From: Balanoglossus misakiensis
Taxonomy: Eukaryota > Animalia > Hemichordata
Reading direction: 5' to 3'
Length of the DNA stretch: 64,000 bases
NCBI GenBank assembly: GCA_040954595.2
Contig: CM082576.2
Coordinates: 4,934,760 to 4,998,759, forward strand
A model generated the notes under the pieces. That model was not told the origin of the DNA and did not search any database. It worked only from the letters and a program-made list of their open reading frames with translations. Numbering within the stretch: position 1 is the first letter of the stretch; every line of letters starts with the position of its first letter. The position numbers and the translations under genes were made by a program. Shown here in pieces: positions 30,001 to 41,288 of this stretch.

Positions 30001-31029
30001 CAGTCCGCTATCGTAGCTTTTTAACATCACTGTCAATAATCACCCCGCACTGCAAACTTGCCGGCACCTCCGACCCTTTCTTTGGGAGTCAAACTCCCCG
30101 TACAGCCGTTTCGCTTCAGCGGTGTTTCGGGCTCTCTTTTTTCCCCGGTGGACATCTGTTGAGAGGGAAGCGATGAAAACAACGTCTTTGGCGCTGCGTT
30201 CGTTCATCCAAACAGTGCGCCCCGTTCGCCGCTATGCGTTGTTGAAGAAAGCCGGTGAAACCGATACCGTCTCGCAAAGTAACGCTGTAAATACACCCAC
30301 ATCCCTTTACGTGTGTATCCTCAGTACTTTACAATCTCTCTTCTCCAATCCAAAATAAGTTATTTTGCGACTGTTTGTCATAAATATTGGGCACCCAAGG
30401 TGCCGCCTCCGTCATCAAGTTGAACAGCCCAATCTGCCACCCGTAGTCCACACAACCACAAACAAATACAACTTACGGCTCGTGTCGTGTCGACGTAAGC
30501 TCACGGTTAACTGCTCGGAAGAGTTATAGTCGCGCACAATTGAGCTGTATGTGTTTTTGCTGTGAGGACATAGATTTTACGACACGCCGTAAAATTTTAA
30601 TTGGCTCATTTAATCCATGAAGTCTTAGTTATACCGACAGATAAAAGCTAAAGCGTTACCTAAAATTGCCAACAGCGGTTGTGTGTATAAACGGTGATTT
30701 ACGAAGCCGGTTTCTTGTGAATTGTGCAAGTATGTATTGCGTATTGACTGGGTGACCGCTACGTCGCCAACACCTCACTATGCTACCGTGTGTAGCTCTC
30801 TGCTGGGCGTGTGTCGAGAGACACACCTATGCTGACGGCTCTCTGGGAGTTTTCACTGTCCGTCCGCAAACGAATTCAGCCAAAAGTGCGACCAAAAGCC
30901 ACCTTTGATGGCCTTAAAAATCTACGACGGTGACGCTGAAGCCACTGCAAGCTAACTCGGTGACGGCCACATGTGCGTGTTGTGTTGACCGCAAAAAGTA
31001 CACGGCTATGGGCTGCATGAATGAATGCG

Positions 31030-31551
31030 GGGAGATAGGGGCGGGATCGGCTGGCCTCAACGCAGCATCCAGTGCGCGCAACGCACTCTCTCGCGAACCG
31101 CTGACACCCGTATCGAAAGGGGGAGAAAACACACAAGAGATCACAGACAGAAGATGCAATTGGAATGATTTCCTTTATCTCTGGGTGTGAAATTCAAGTC
31201 ACTGAGTGGCGATTGCGACAAGACGAAGATGGTAGCAGAGACAAAGGCTTCTAGAAATGGGCCAGGTACACCAATCAGATAGTGTAACGCACAGCACAGG
31301 GCCATCGCTTTCTAACCTTGAGTCAGAATTTATACTGCATGGCTGGAACGAATGTCTGATTCGATGTGTTCCTTGCTGCACTGTTTAGCCTGCGTGTCTG
31401 GCTGTAAACCCGGGGCATGGGCGGCCGGTTGATGCTCGCTGTTTGCGCGTAAGTAACTGTATAATTTAATTAATCGGCCGCTATATAAAGCCGCTCCGCG
31501 CTGTCTTTGTTCGATCCGGGTTTCACTGTGCGACACGCTGGAGCGGTGAGA
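31030..31551 (+). promoter_or_regulatory. Candidate Pol II promoter / first exon region
   Basis: GC box GGGGCGGG (31038-31045), CCAAT (31271-31275), TATATAAAG (31482-31490), CpG-rich context, and donor-like GTAAGT (31449) and GTGAGA (31546). Motif evidence only. Confidence 0.4.
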
Positions 31552-34500
31552 TACAGTCACCACTCGTTAGCCCGTGAAAACGTTCTTGGCAATGCGTGTG
31601 TTCCCCGCTAATTTTAAGACGCGTATTTTTTAGGAGTCATATGTGTGTTTTTTGTTTTTGCTTGATGAGACACTTAGGATACTTTAGTGGAAGTTGCTAC
31701 CGTTGTGTCACTGTATACAAATGAGAGTTAACCCTTGAAAGTTTAAACAAAAGTCGTTCAAATAAGGCCATAATGCTTAATTGATGTTGCTGTGTTTTTT
31801 CTCAAGAGCTTCTGCGAAAACAGGGACAGAATACAAACAGGTTACCTATTCCCCTAAAAATGCAATTTTCGCAGTGCACGGATTAGCAAGGAAGACCCTA
31901 TCTTGTCATCTGATCACCCCCTCGTTGGAACGACTCCAAAATTTGTGTTTAAATTCGTATTTGTATAATAAATAAGTGGTACCATTACCGGGCTTCATGT
32001 ACATATATTTATTGTTTGGACGTGTTTTCAATATGGAAACGCGCTTCTCTCCGCGATTGTCTATTTTAATGTAGTGCTTCGTTGATTAATACATACACAC
32101 AGATAAATGGTTAAATATCGTGCGGTTACACGTTTTGTAAACATGGCGTCGTTAGCATGCAGGATACAGCGCGGCCTATTCCCTCCGTTGCCATTATCGC
32201 CTGCTGTATCGCGTCAAAGATTTTTTTTCTGGCGCTTCAACATCGCGTTTCTGTTGTCACTGTTCAGCTTTGTTGGTTTAGATTCTGTATTTTTGTCCGG
32301 GATGGCGGTGAAATGAATGCAGTAGGAGAATTCGGTGCAAAATGGGGGTAAATTTATAGCTCGGTCAATCGAAGTGATATTTTGCCCAGTGGTAGCTGTT
32401 TTGTTTTTGCAGATCCGATGGGTCGAGTCCTCTGCCTTCGATTTCAAGTAACCAGTGATTTTTTTTCTCACCGCAGTTCAGAAACGATTCGGGGGCAAGC
32501 GGTGCTAAATTTTGGAATTCTCGTCTGCCATCGTAAATTATGCAGCGACCAGTAATTTACACTGATCGTGTCCAGCTTGCCTGGGTATGTCACCAGAGGT
32601 CACCCAAACCCGAAACTTCGAAATCTTTTGGGGGCAAGTTCACATTCAAGGGCGACCCGATCAACTTGTTAAGTTCCGTTGACCCTGTTGTAAAAAATTA
32701 CACGAATTGGCGAAAATCTGCAAATTTGAAAACCGTTGTCAGATTGGGCCCTGAACTGGTGTATTGTCGTTGACTCACGTGACTGTACCTACCAATATTA
32801 ATGAGTTAAACCCTGGATTACTAGGAATATCGTATTACTCATTTGGCAACCAGACAAAAAAATCGCTTAGGCCTAATAAAATAGCAGATTGACAATTATT
32901 TACACAGAAGGTTTGGTGTATATTTTCTAACTGCGTCTAACACTGATGCGAATGGAAGTATCTTGAGTGGTTTTAATTTACGACCACACCGACAACGTTG
33001 CGGCGAAAAAAAGACATAAACCTTTGCATTGCCGGTTTTAAACAGAGGCACCAGTAAATTTCATTAAAGCATATTTTCTTTATGGATTGTTTTATTGTTA
33101 TGTGACATCTTGAGGGATTTTGTTCAAACGAGGGAGTCGTTCTGATTACGTCAGCTCATAACAGAATTCACTGCGTTACTGCAAGTCAGTAGTGCTGGTC
33201 GTGAACACGGTATCTCAGAGAAATGTGGAGGTTGCTTATTTGATTAGCACACATGATCTGAAATGAGCCTTTCCCTTTCCGATGATCTCCACGGAAAAAA
33301 GGTAAATTATTGTCGTCAGAGTGTTGGGTCGATACTCCAATCGTCGTTGGTACAAGCATGTACTTCCCCCGGGCCGTATACTGATGGTTCTTTGTGTCCG
33401 GTCCAAGCGAGTGGTGGACTTTCTTTGTGAAGTAAACCTAGCGAATTGAAAAGGCTCGGGCATTTCTCAATACCAAGAGAGGGCCAATGTCTTGATTTAT
33501 GTGGTACTTGTCATTGAATCAGCCCGATTTACACCCTGTTTTGTTATGCACGTCACTGGTTCGGTAATTCTGGGAGTTCCTCTGTTCTGGGCACTTTTCA
33601 TGTGTGTGTGTTTTAGGCGGGAACTTTTCTCTGATCTGCAGTCTGGTCACCTCTTCATTAGTCGATCCCATCCACCCCTTTATGGCATATTAACAAGTTA
33701 TATTACAAAGGTGCATTTTGCGGAATATGTTCGAAAGTTCTTGTATGGGAGAAGTTATAGCAGCCCGTTGCAAGAAAAAATGCCATAATTTGCTTTAAAC
33801 TATATATAAGCGAGACGGTGTCCGGATCTTCTTGGAACAAACTACGGAAACCTGGACCCAGTGTAAGGAGTTGTGTGAACTGTCAGCCGATGTCGTAAAT
33901 TTACAGTGAATTTACGAGAGATCGGGCTGTAATTATTGAAATCGCTCCAAATCGTTTATTGTTAAAAGCTTACCTGTGTCACACGGGTTTTAGATTAAAA
34001 ATCTTTCAAACAATAAATATCGCTGAGAATCCAAAGATTTACGTAAATTTGCCCGCAAGTCCGACACCCGTCAACCACAAGAACATCAGAAAGAACTGGG
34101 GAAGTTGTAAATATCTATTGAATACGATAAATCCTTGTGAACAGAAGGTGAAAGGGCCTTCGTGGTGTTGTTTTACAGTATCGAATATTGGTCACATAAG
34201 CCCTGGAGCCGTACAAGTATTGGAGATAAAAATTGGCTGTATACAAACGAGTTTGACCTGGTCATAAATGGTCCTAAAATTGAGCCCAGTTCGCCCAGAA
34301 GGCATTGAGATTGTCTGTACTGAAAGTGACATTTTCTTATACTGACACCGGTTTCCATTTAAATTTAATTGTCGTTCTTGTAGGGTGATGCTAACCCCAG
34401 CCAGCCAATATGGCAGATTCAAGTCGACGTTTTATTGAAAGTTTGGAAACCATTCATTATCCACGGTTAACCAGAAGGTTGAAGTCGTGGCTCAGTCAGG

Positions 34501-36981
34501 GTTATATTATAAATGGACCGTGCGGTTTTCTTCATCTACCCATCCGCATTAGATGGAAGAGAGAGAGAAAATTGGATCAGTAAAATTGACAGCCTGGAAG
34601 GGGTGAGCATGATGTTTGAAGTTGAGAGGGTGTGGCACTCAATCCGTTTCCATGGAGATAGTCATGATGTATGACAATGTAGCGAACGCTATCATCATTA
34701 TTGACGGCATATATGTAATTAAGAAGTGCGGTAAACAAATCGCTTCACGCTTTTCCTGTAGAGATTGGTAATCTAAGTCTTTAAAAATGCATGATCTGAA
34801 AGTATGATGTACATTTTCAATGATGGTTTTGGATGTTTTCCTTCTGGTTATATCCGAAGTATTCGAGTCTTCAGGAAGCTGAGTGGGTGATATTTAGGCG
34901 GACTTCTACACCAACTGAATGATAAGCTTTGCCGAAATTATAAAAAAAGACACCAGCATGGTAGGAAAACCAATAAATATGGCACTGAAAAATATTTCCC
35001 AACTTTCTGAATCGCGTCTATTCTCGTCTCAAACAACACTTAGCTATTTTGCAAGTCTTGGTCAAACGTCAAAGTTTTCTTGAACATTTATATTGCTTCG
35101 ACGATATTACAAATAAAAAAAAATATTTTCGAGATTATTCTAAAATATATCTGTTCGTGCAGTCTGGGTGCAAGTAAGCTTGCTTATTTTCATTTTTTTT
35201 ATAAAATGTATAACAGCAGACGACAGCTATTTAAGCCGGAGGTCAATCCACCATTTCAACGAATGGCAGTCTAGGTTTCGAAAATTTTAGATCCATAACT
35301 TGACAGACTAATGGCAGTAAAATAAAGCTGTAGATATTTGTGGGCTGAATTACTTTGCAAGGCCTCAAAATACAGATTTCTGTGAGACATTGATTTATGA
35401 CGCGACCTTCGCTCCTTGTTGAATCGCCGTTTGTTTATAACAATCGCTTCAGTCTTATATGCAAATCAGTCAGCATTTTCTGCTCACTGATACAACTAGC
35501 CTTACAGTCCACAGTGCGCCATCTAAACGAAAACCTCGGATGTTGGAACGGGGAGACCAGGAAAAAATCTGTTCTGTTCGCAAAGAAAATCAAAATTAAG
35601 TAAGTGATTAACGTTATTTTCGATGCAAACGTGTACCGACGTTTCTTCTGGTCAATTGTGAGTCGAGAACGCCATGTACAGTCGATTGAGAACGACATAA
35701 ACGCGCGCCGCGACCGAGGAAATTTATATGGCTAGCCTTATACTTTCACAAAGGTCCGTAGTATTCACGCTCACTGTCGTGATTGAGTAACCTTAAACGA
35801 ACTCGGTGATTGTCAGACGAAAATGGCGTTCTTGGAGATGGGATTCTGGTTAACACAGAGGAAATGTGGATGGTTATTCTTACCTTAGTAGGGTTCTGAC
35901 GGCGTGTATTATTTTTAAATTTTAGGCCCCTATACGTCTGATGAAAACAAAACACCTGATTAAACGTTAGGCTATTTATTTCACAAATGAGTACCGTGTA
36001 CAACAGCTTCGCTTTTCCAAATTCTAACTCTGATGTACATACGAACCCGTTTTTTTAATGCAGGTAAATTAAAGAGTAAACCGTGCAGACGATAAACCGT
36101 ACTCGTCCTGTCAGTATCATGATACGGTTGGCACCTAGCCTGGTCGTGTTACTCGATCCAGTACTAGTAGACTATGCACTAGCTGTCTCGGGTCATGGAT
36201 CGTTTTTCAATGGGACTGGAAGCAGCGAAAATAGCATGGATTTTCAGCCCACAAAAAATGTTATAGCATTCAATATCTGAATTTTGTTGGGCTTATCGTT
36301 TGTTGCGGATGTGCCTCACCCGTGTTGTTTATACTCAGAGCATGTAGGATACACTACGCCCACTCCACACAACGTGTTTCCCGACGGTTCTGACGCAAAA
36401 TGCGCGCTTGCCCCATATGTGCCCTATATGTACATGATGTAGTAACAATCCCATCCGCTGGAACGTTTTCGTGATGTCACGGTGATATAGTTTATATCGC
36501 TCAGGTTTGGACTTGCTTCGAACTCGAGCTCGTTCATGTTATGGTAAATATATACATGTATTCTATATAGGCATTGCTTGTATTTGGTCATCCTGGTGTC
36601 GGTGTCAAATAAGGACAATCAAGCCCCAACGCTGAGGTCGCTCATGAACTTTGGGGATCCTGGTGGTACTGGTAGTAAACTAAACAACTATGTTTATCAG
36701 GGTCATCTACTGTCCCCCTCGCCTGTCGTCATCGTACGACTGACCCGTACCGTCTGGTACGTGTACACAAGCTAGACTGGTGCTCTGACGAACAGACCGC
36801 ATTGACTTTCTTTGGTAGTTCGATCTAGACTTTTAGTGCATCACTGCCAAACTGCTTCACCCGGAAATTCCGACAAGGCAACATAGCTTACAAACCAGTC
36901 TTTAAAAGTGTTTATTCTGTCCGTTCGTTCGTCACATGCACCAGGAGTGGGATTTTCGAGCCCAATGTAGGTGAAGGACTT

Positions 36982-37072
36982 ATGCCTACGAGTATCACAA
37001 GCGGACTATCACCGACGCGAAATTTATCGCTGGAATCTGACTTCGTTGTTGTCGCAACCCCGCCACCCTCGA
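36982..37072 (+). CDS. Candidate upstream coding exon of the 2DBD-NR (MPTSITSGLSPTRNLSLESDFVVVATPPPS)
   Basis: The ORF from the ATG ends at a GA|GTAAGT donor in phase 1, which joins in frame to the acceptor at 44905/44906. CpG-rich sequence lies upstream. No homology support. Confidence 0.35.
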
Positions 37073-38510
37073 GTAAGTTTTATTGCCATTTTTTACTAAC
37101 CGTGAATGTACCTGTCGAACTAACTGAAAATCGGCCGAACAATGGCGTTTGTGTCGTTATCTAGGTTTCATATACCTGATCCAGGGAGCATTAGATGAGT
37201 TTGTTTCAGGTTTTTTTTTGTGTTCGGAAAGTTAGGAAAAACGCGTAAAGCCACAACCACTAAACCTGTCACTCACTCTGTGTTCGAACTTCCACAGTTT
37301 ATCAAACTCTTTGACCCCAAACATTGACCGCGCGTGAGTTGGCAAGTTTACGCAAGAATTAAAAGTTTTACAGTGAGATTTTAAGTTTCGGGGTCATGGT
37401 TTTTTGAGATCAACCTTTTCATGGTACTCCTCGTTTTGTTCTGCATCGGAAAAGTACTGAGTGTGTACTACGGATAACACGGGCCTATAAAATTATAAGA
37501 GTTGATTGATTTGTCAACAACACACTCTGCGTGTACTGTACTACTAGTAGTAAACTTTGCAGACCGTTTATTGCACGCCTAAAAATCTTTTTCTTTCTGT
37601 ATGAGGAAACATTTGTCAAGGTATTTTTTGACAAGATAAACCTGATTTGTATACGACTTTGAGTCTCGGACAGACATTTCCAGGCAACAGTACACTTTGT
37701 ACACTCAAGCAGTGTTTACCGTGATGACCTGGCATGGCCTGGCGGGCCTGAGTGCAAGGATTGTATGTACAATTCTAATATAGCATACAGGTAAACTTTC
37801 ACATCATATTAAACCCTCGAGGTAGAAATTATGCCTAGATCGATAAAATGTGTGTTGTAATGAATGATCTGAAAATATGGGCAAGTCTGTTGCAGTCTTT
37901 TGATACAAAAGAATTTCACAGCGTTTCAAGACTAATTGTTGAGGAATAGCAAGGAACAGGTCAAAGGTCACACGCAGCGTCGTATTTTTCCGCAGATCTG
38001 CACTCTCTATAGTATGCGGGTACAATAACATCGCAGTTCTTAATAAATGAAGAATTTATAAAAACTTTGAGTTTTCTTTGGGTTCATTATGTGTATTTGT
38101 TATAATGAAACTTTCAAAACAAAAATATTGTAAGTTCATTGTTTTGAAGAAAAAAAGTTGATCGATAAGGTTGTGATGGCAGTAACATACCTGTCCTGGT
38201 ATAGAAACTACAGAAAAAAAACTCTTTGACCCCAAAAACCAGTAGAGGCAAAGGTTTGACGTAAATTTCTGAGTGTCAGTGATTAAGTAAAATTGACAAA
38301 TAATGAACCCGGGGCTATACCTAGTGTAAACCGATAAGTATTACTGGTAATGACTACAGGAAAAAAAATAAAAACATAACACTCAGTTTCTGCTGTGTTA
38401 ATGAACAATTTTGACTGATAAAAAAGTTTAATTTGATTATATTTGGTGTTTAATGCTTTTTCTGTATCATAGCGATCTGTGCATCCTGCTGTATTCTAAT
38501 CATTATACAT

Positions 38511-39433
38511 CAGAGTTTCCGGTAGTTTTTTTCCCCAAGCGTATGCCATACGCAAGAGGTCAATAAAAATGCGTACGAAGGTGATTTAAATGCGTACAAT
38601 GTATTCATATCACATCCATTAGCAAACTGTTGCAAAATAACGCAAAACACTTCAAATGGCACACATTGTAACCAAAAAGAATTCTAAACAGACCAAACAG
38701 CTTTTGACGTGATTTTACGTTTACAGACAAATGACGTCGCTTCACTATGATCAGTGCCTTGCATATGCCGTTTGATGGCCGATTTTTTAAGATCACGAGA
38801 ACCTCGCGAGAAAGCATTCTTTTTGCCATATTTTTCACAAATCTTACAGAAAAGCACGAGTGTCTTTTTTTCTGCCGCTTTCGTCGACGTCGTGCCGTAA
38901 CCACGGATACTCGGCGAGCCACTGATCTTTGAATTCTGTGTGGCCAGTCTTTGCATTCTCTCGCATTTTTTTCACTGGTGGGGCATCCCCCGCTGACTCT
39001 TGGTGTTCCGAATCATCGATTTCAGTGGCTTTCTTTCCATTATCAGTATAGGATTTCGACGTAAATTTAAATGAAAATAAAGTTGACTGTTTTGCCGTCA
39101 TGTTGATCGATATTACACGTACGCAGGCTCACGTACGTGACGCATGGCATGATGATTAGAACGCGCGCTAAACGAAAATTGTTACATTTTATCATGGTCA
39201 AGCGTCTGCGCAAATGGTTTGGAATGTTGCAATTTTATTCAAAACATGTAAGCGTGCACAAGGTGCTGTCTAGTTTGTCGGTCGTTTGATGAGTCTTTTG
39301 TTAGCTCGAACTTTCAATGGCGAAAACAGAGTCCATTTCATTGCGTACGCCAGACGCACTTGTCGGTTCAATATGCGTATAGAAATTTTCCATTGCGTGT
39401 ATTACGCACATTTTTGCGTAACCGGAAACTCTG
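38511..39433 (-). mobile_element. Internally deleted hAT-like DNA transposon, 923 bp, 13-bp TIR CAGAGTTTCCGGT, 6-bp TSD ATACAT
   Basis: CAGAGTTTCCGGT at 38511-38523 and ACCGGAAACTCTG at 39421-39433. ATACAT at 38505-38510 and 39434-39439. Subterminal TGCGTA/TACGCA motifs at both ends and an internal zinc-finger remnant. Confidence 0.88.
38684..39101 (-). pseudogene. Frameshifted, truncated N-terminus of a hAT-type transposase with a TTF/C17orf113(ZNF862)-like zinc finger
   Basis: ORF 38844..39101 gives FKDQWLAEYPWL. After a frameshift near the A-run at about 38865-38872, ORF 38684..38956 gives LFCKICEKYGKKNAFSRGSRDLKKSAIKRHMQGTDH. Together they form the F-x3-W-x3-YPWL...FCxxC...H-x5-H motif. 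Confidence 0.8.
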
Positions 39434-41232
39434 ATACATGTGCACTACTTTAGAAATGTGATGACCCAGACACAAGTGAGTGAATGTCGTCATCAGTGTG
39501 AACTCTGGAAGAGAGGAATCCATTTCCTGGCTTGGGTTAGTGCCCAACAATTATAATGACTTGTAAATCCGTGTTGAATTTGCTTGAATGTACTTGTACC
39601 CAAGGTGTGTTTGATATCTGGCAACTGCCCCAGTGCGATGACGTCAATTTTGTTTGTCATTAATAACCGCCACTGGAAAAATGCGGATGAGAATCTGTAT
39701 CAAATTAAGGATCGCGAGACGTTTTTTGAGCAGAGTTCATCAAGAAAACGAAAATAGACGGCTATATAAATACCATCAAGTAAGCATAGCTGAATTCATA
39801 AACTTCATCCTTTCAGCCTCTTGTGTTTTCAGATTTTTGTTGCCCTATGGCACGCGTGATGTTTTTTGCCGAGCAGTTGATTCACAGGTCAAAGGTCGTA
39901 TGTTGGGTATGGTATATCCTTTCCAAAGCTAGTGACTTGAGTTTCACCCCTTGTTGTTTCCCAGGATGCCAGATTTCGTCCGACATTTATCGGACATCGA
40001 GCCCCATTTGCCTCATTCACGGTGTCCATTGCTGAAATCTGCAGTGTCACTCCACTTTGATTAAAGACGGGACACTTCAACCTGTGTCAACTCACAGGCG
40101 TACCTGTCCGGTCAGCCTGCTTTTTATAAAGAGATAGTTTGTTGCCTATGGACAATCCATCAGTTATATATTACGTTTTCATTATTCAATCATTTGACAG
40201 ATATAGCACAATATCATCAACAATTACTACACAAGTGACCCCATTGTTTTGAAATATTATAAAAACAAATAATAATTCATGGGATCAAATTACACTCAAT
40301 AGATCATTGATATTTTTGCCATGCTGGTCATACAGCAATTCAGAAACCACTACATATGTTGAAGAGAGAAGTACCCGTCTCATTTGAGCATTGATGACTT
40401 GATGAGACATTTAAATATGGATTAAATTTTTTTATCGAATCAGTCACGTACATCATTTAACAATTTATTAGATTATTAATAGTAAGAAGATAGACAATAG
40501 CATTGGTGATAGTCTAAGAGTAAATATGGGTGCATTATCTTGATTTAAAATTTTGAAAACTTTAGTTCGTGAAATTTCGATGCAGTTGAGGATGATATCA
40601 GAGAGAAGTGATGAGGCTCATATTTGATCGTGTTCATCTAATCTAACATACACTAAGTACACATCCTGTCAGTGTGAAAATTATGTCAACAACTTTGTGA
40701 AAGACCTTTAGTACATATTAAATTTCAGTATTTCACTGGACAAATATATCTGGAAAGATGAACAAAATCACTGTGATTGCATAACATATTTTATTTTATC
40801 GGATTCTGTTGACTGATTGGTTTGTAACTAATTCAAAACTATAATTGAAGCTCCAAGGGCATCGTCTTTAATTTGAAATATTGTTCAGATTTGCGAGACT
40901 GGCCCCAATGGGACTTTTTATCACAATCATCTGACTGATATGATTCACAATAGGTAATCTCTAGAGGAGACGTCAGTTGCAATGCTCGCAGTTTTCATGT
41001 TGTCGTGGAGACTGAGTGTGTAAGCAAAATGCTGTTGTTAAAAGCTTGTCAAAACGTCAGCACAAGCAATATTATATTTTACAGTAAAGGCCAAGGGCAT
41101 AACAGGTTTAGTGCCAATGAAAAATCAATAACACGATGTTAGCCAACCATCCGTTTTATGACAGGCTAGCAGATAATAATGTCAAGAACATACTTGTAAT
41201 TTATCAAAATTTCCCACTGTACTGTGGCTAAG

Positions 41233-41288
41233 TGAACTGCAGATGACCTCTTGGTAATCCCAGATGACCTTGTCCTTTTCAATGACCC
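41233..41288 (-). promoter_or_regulatory. Cluster of five co-oriented nuclear-receptor half-sites, including a consensus DR5 and a DR0
   Basis: + strand: TGAACT(41233) gcaga TGACCT(41244) ... TGACCT(41265) TGTCCT(41271) ... TGACCC(41283). The minus strand reads AGGTCA-tctgc-AGTTCA (DR5). Confidence 0.45.

Noticed and set aside
39639-39646. Perfect CRE palindrome TGACGTCA
   Set aside because: About one such 8-mer is expected by chance in a window this size; no supporting context.
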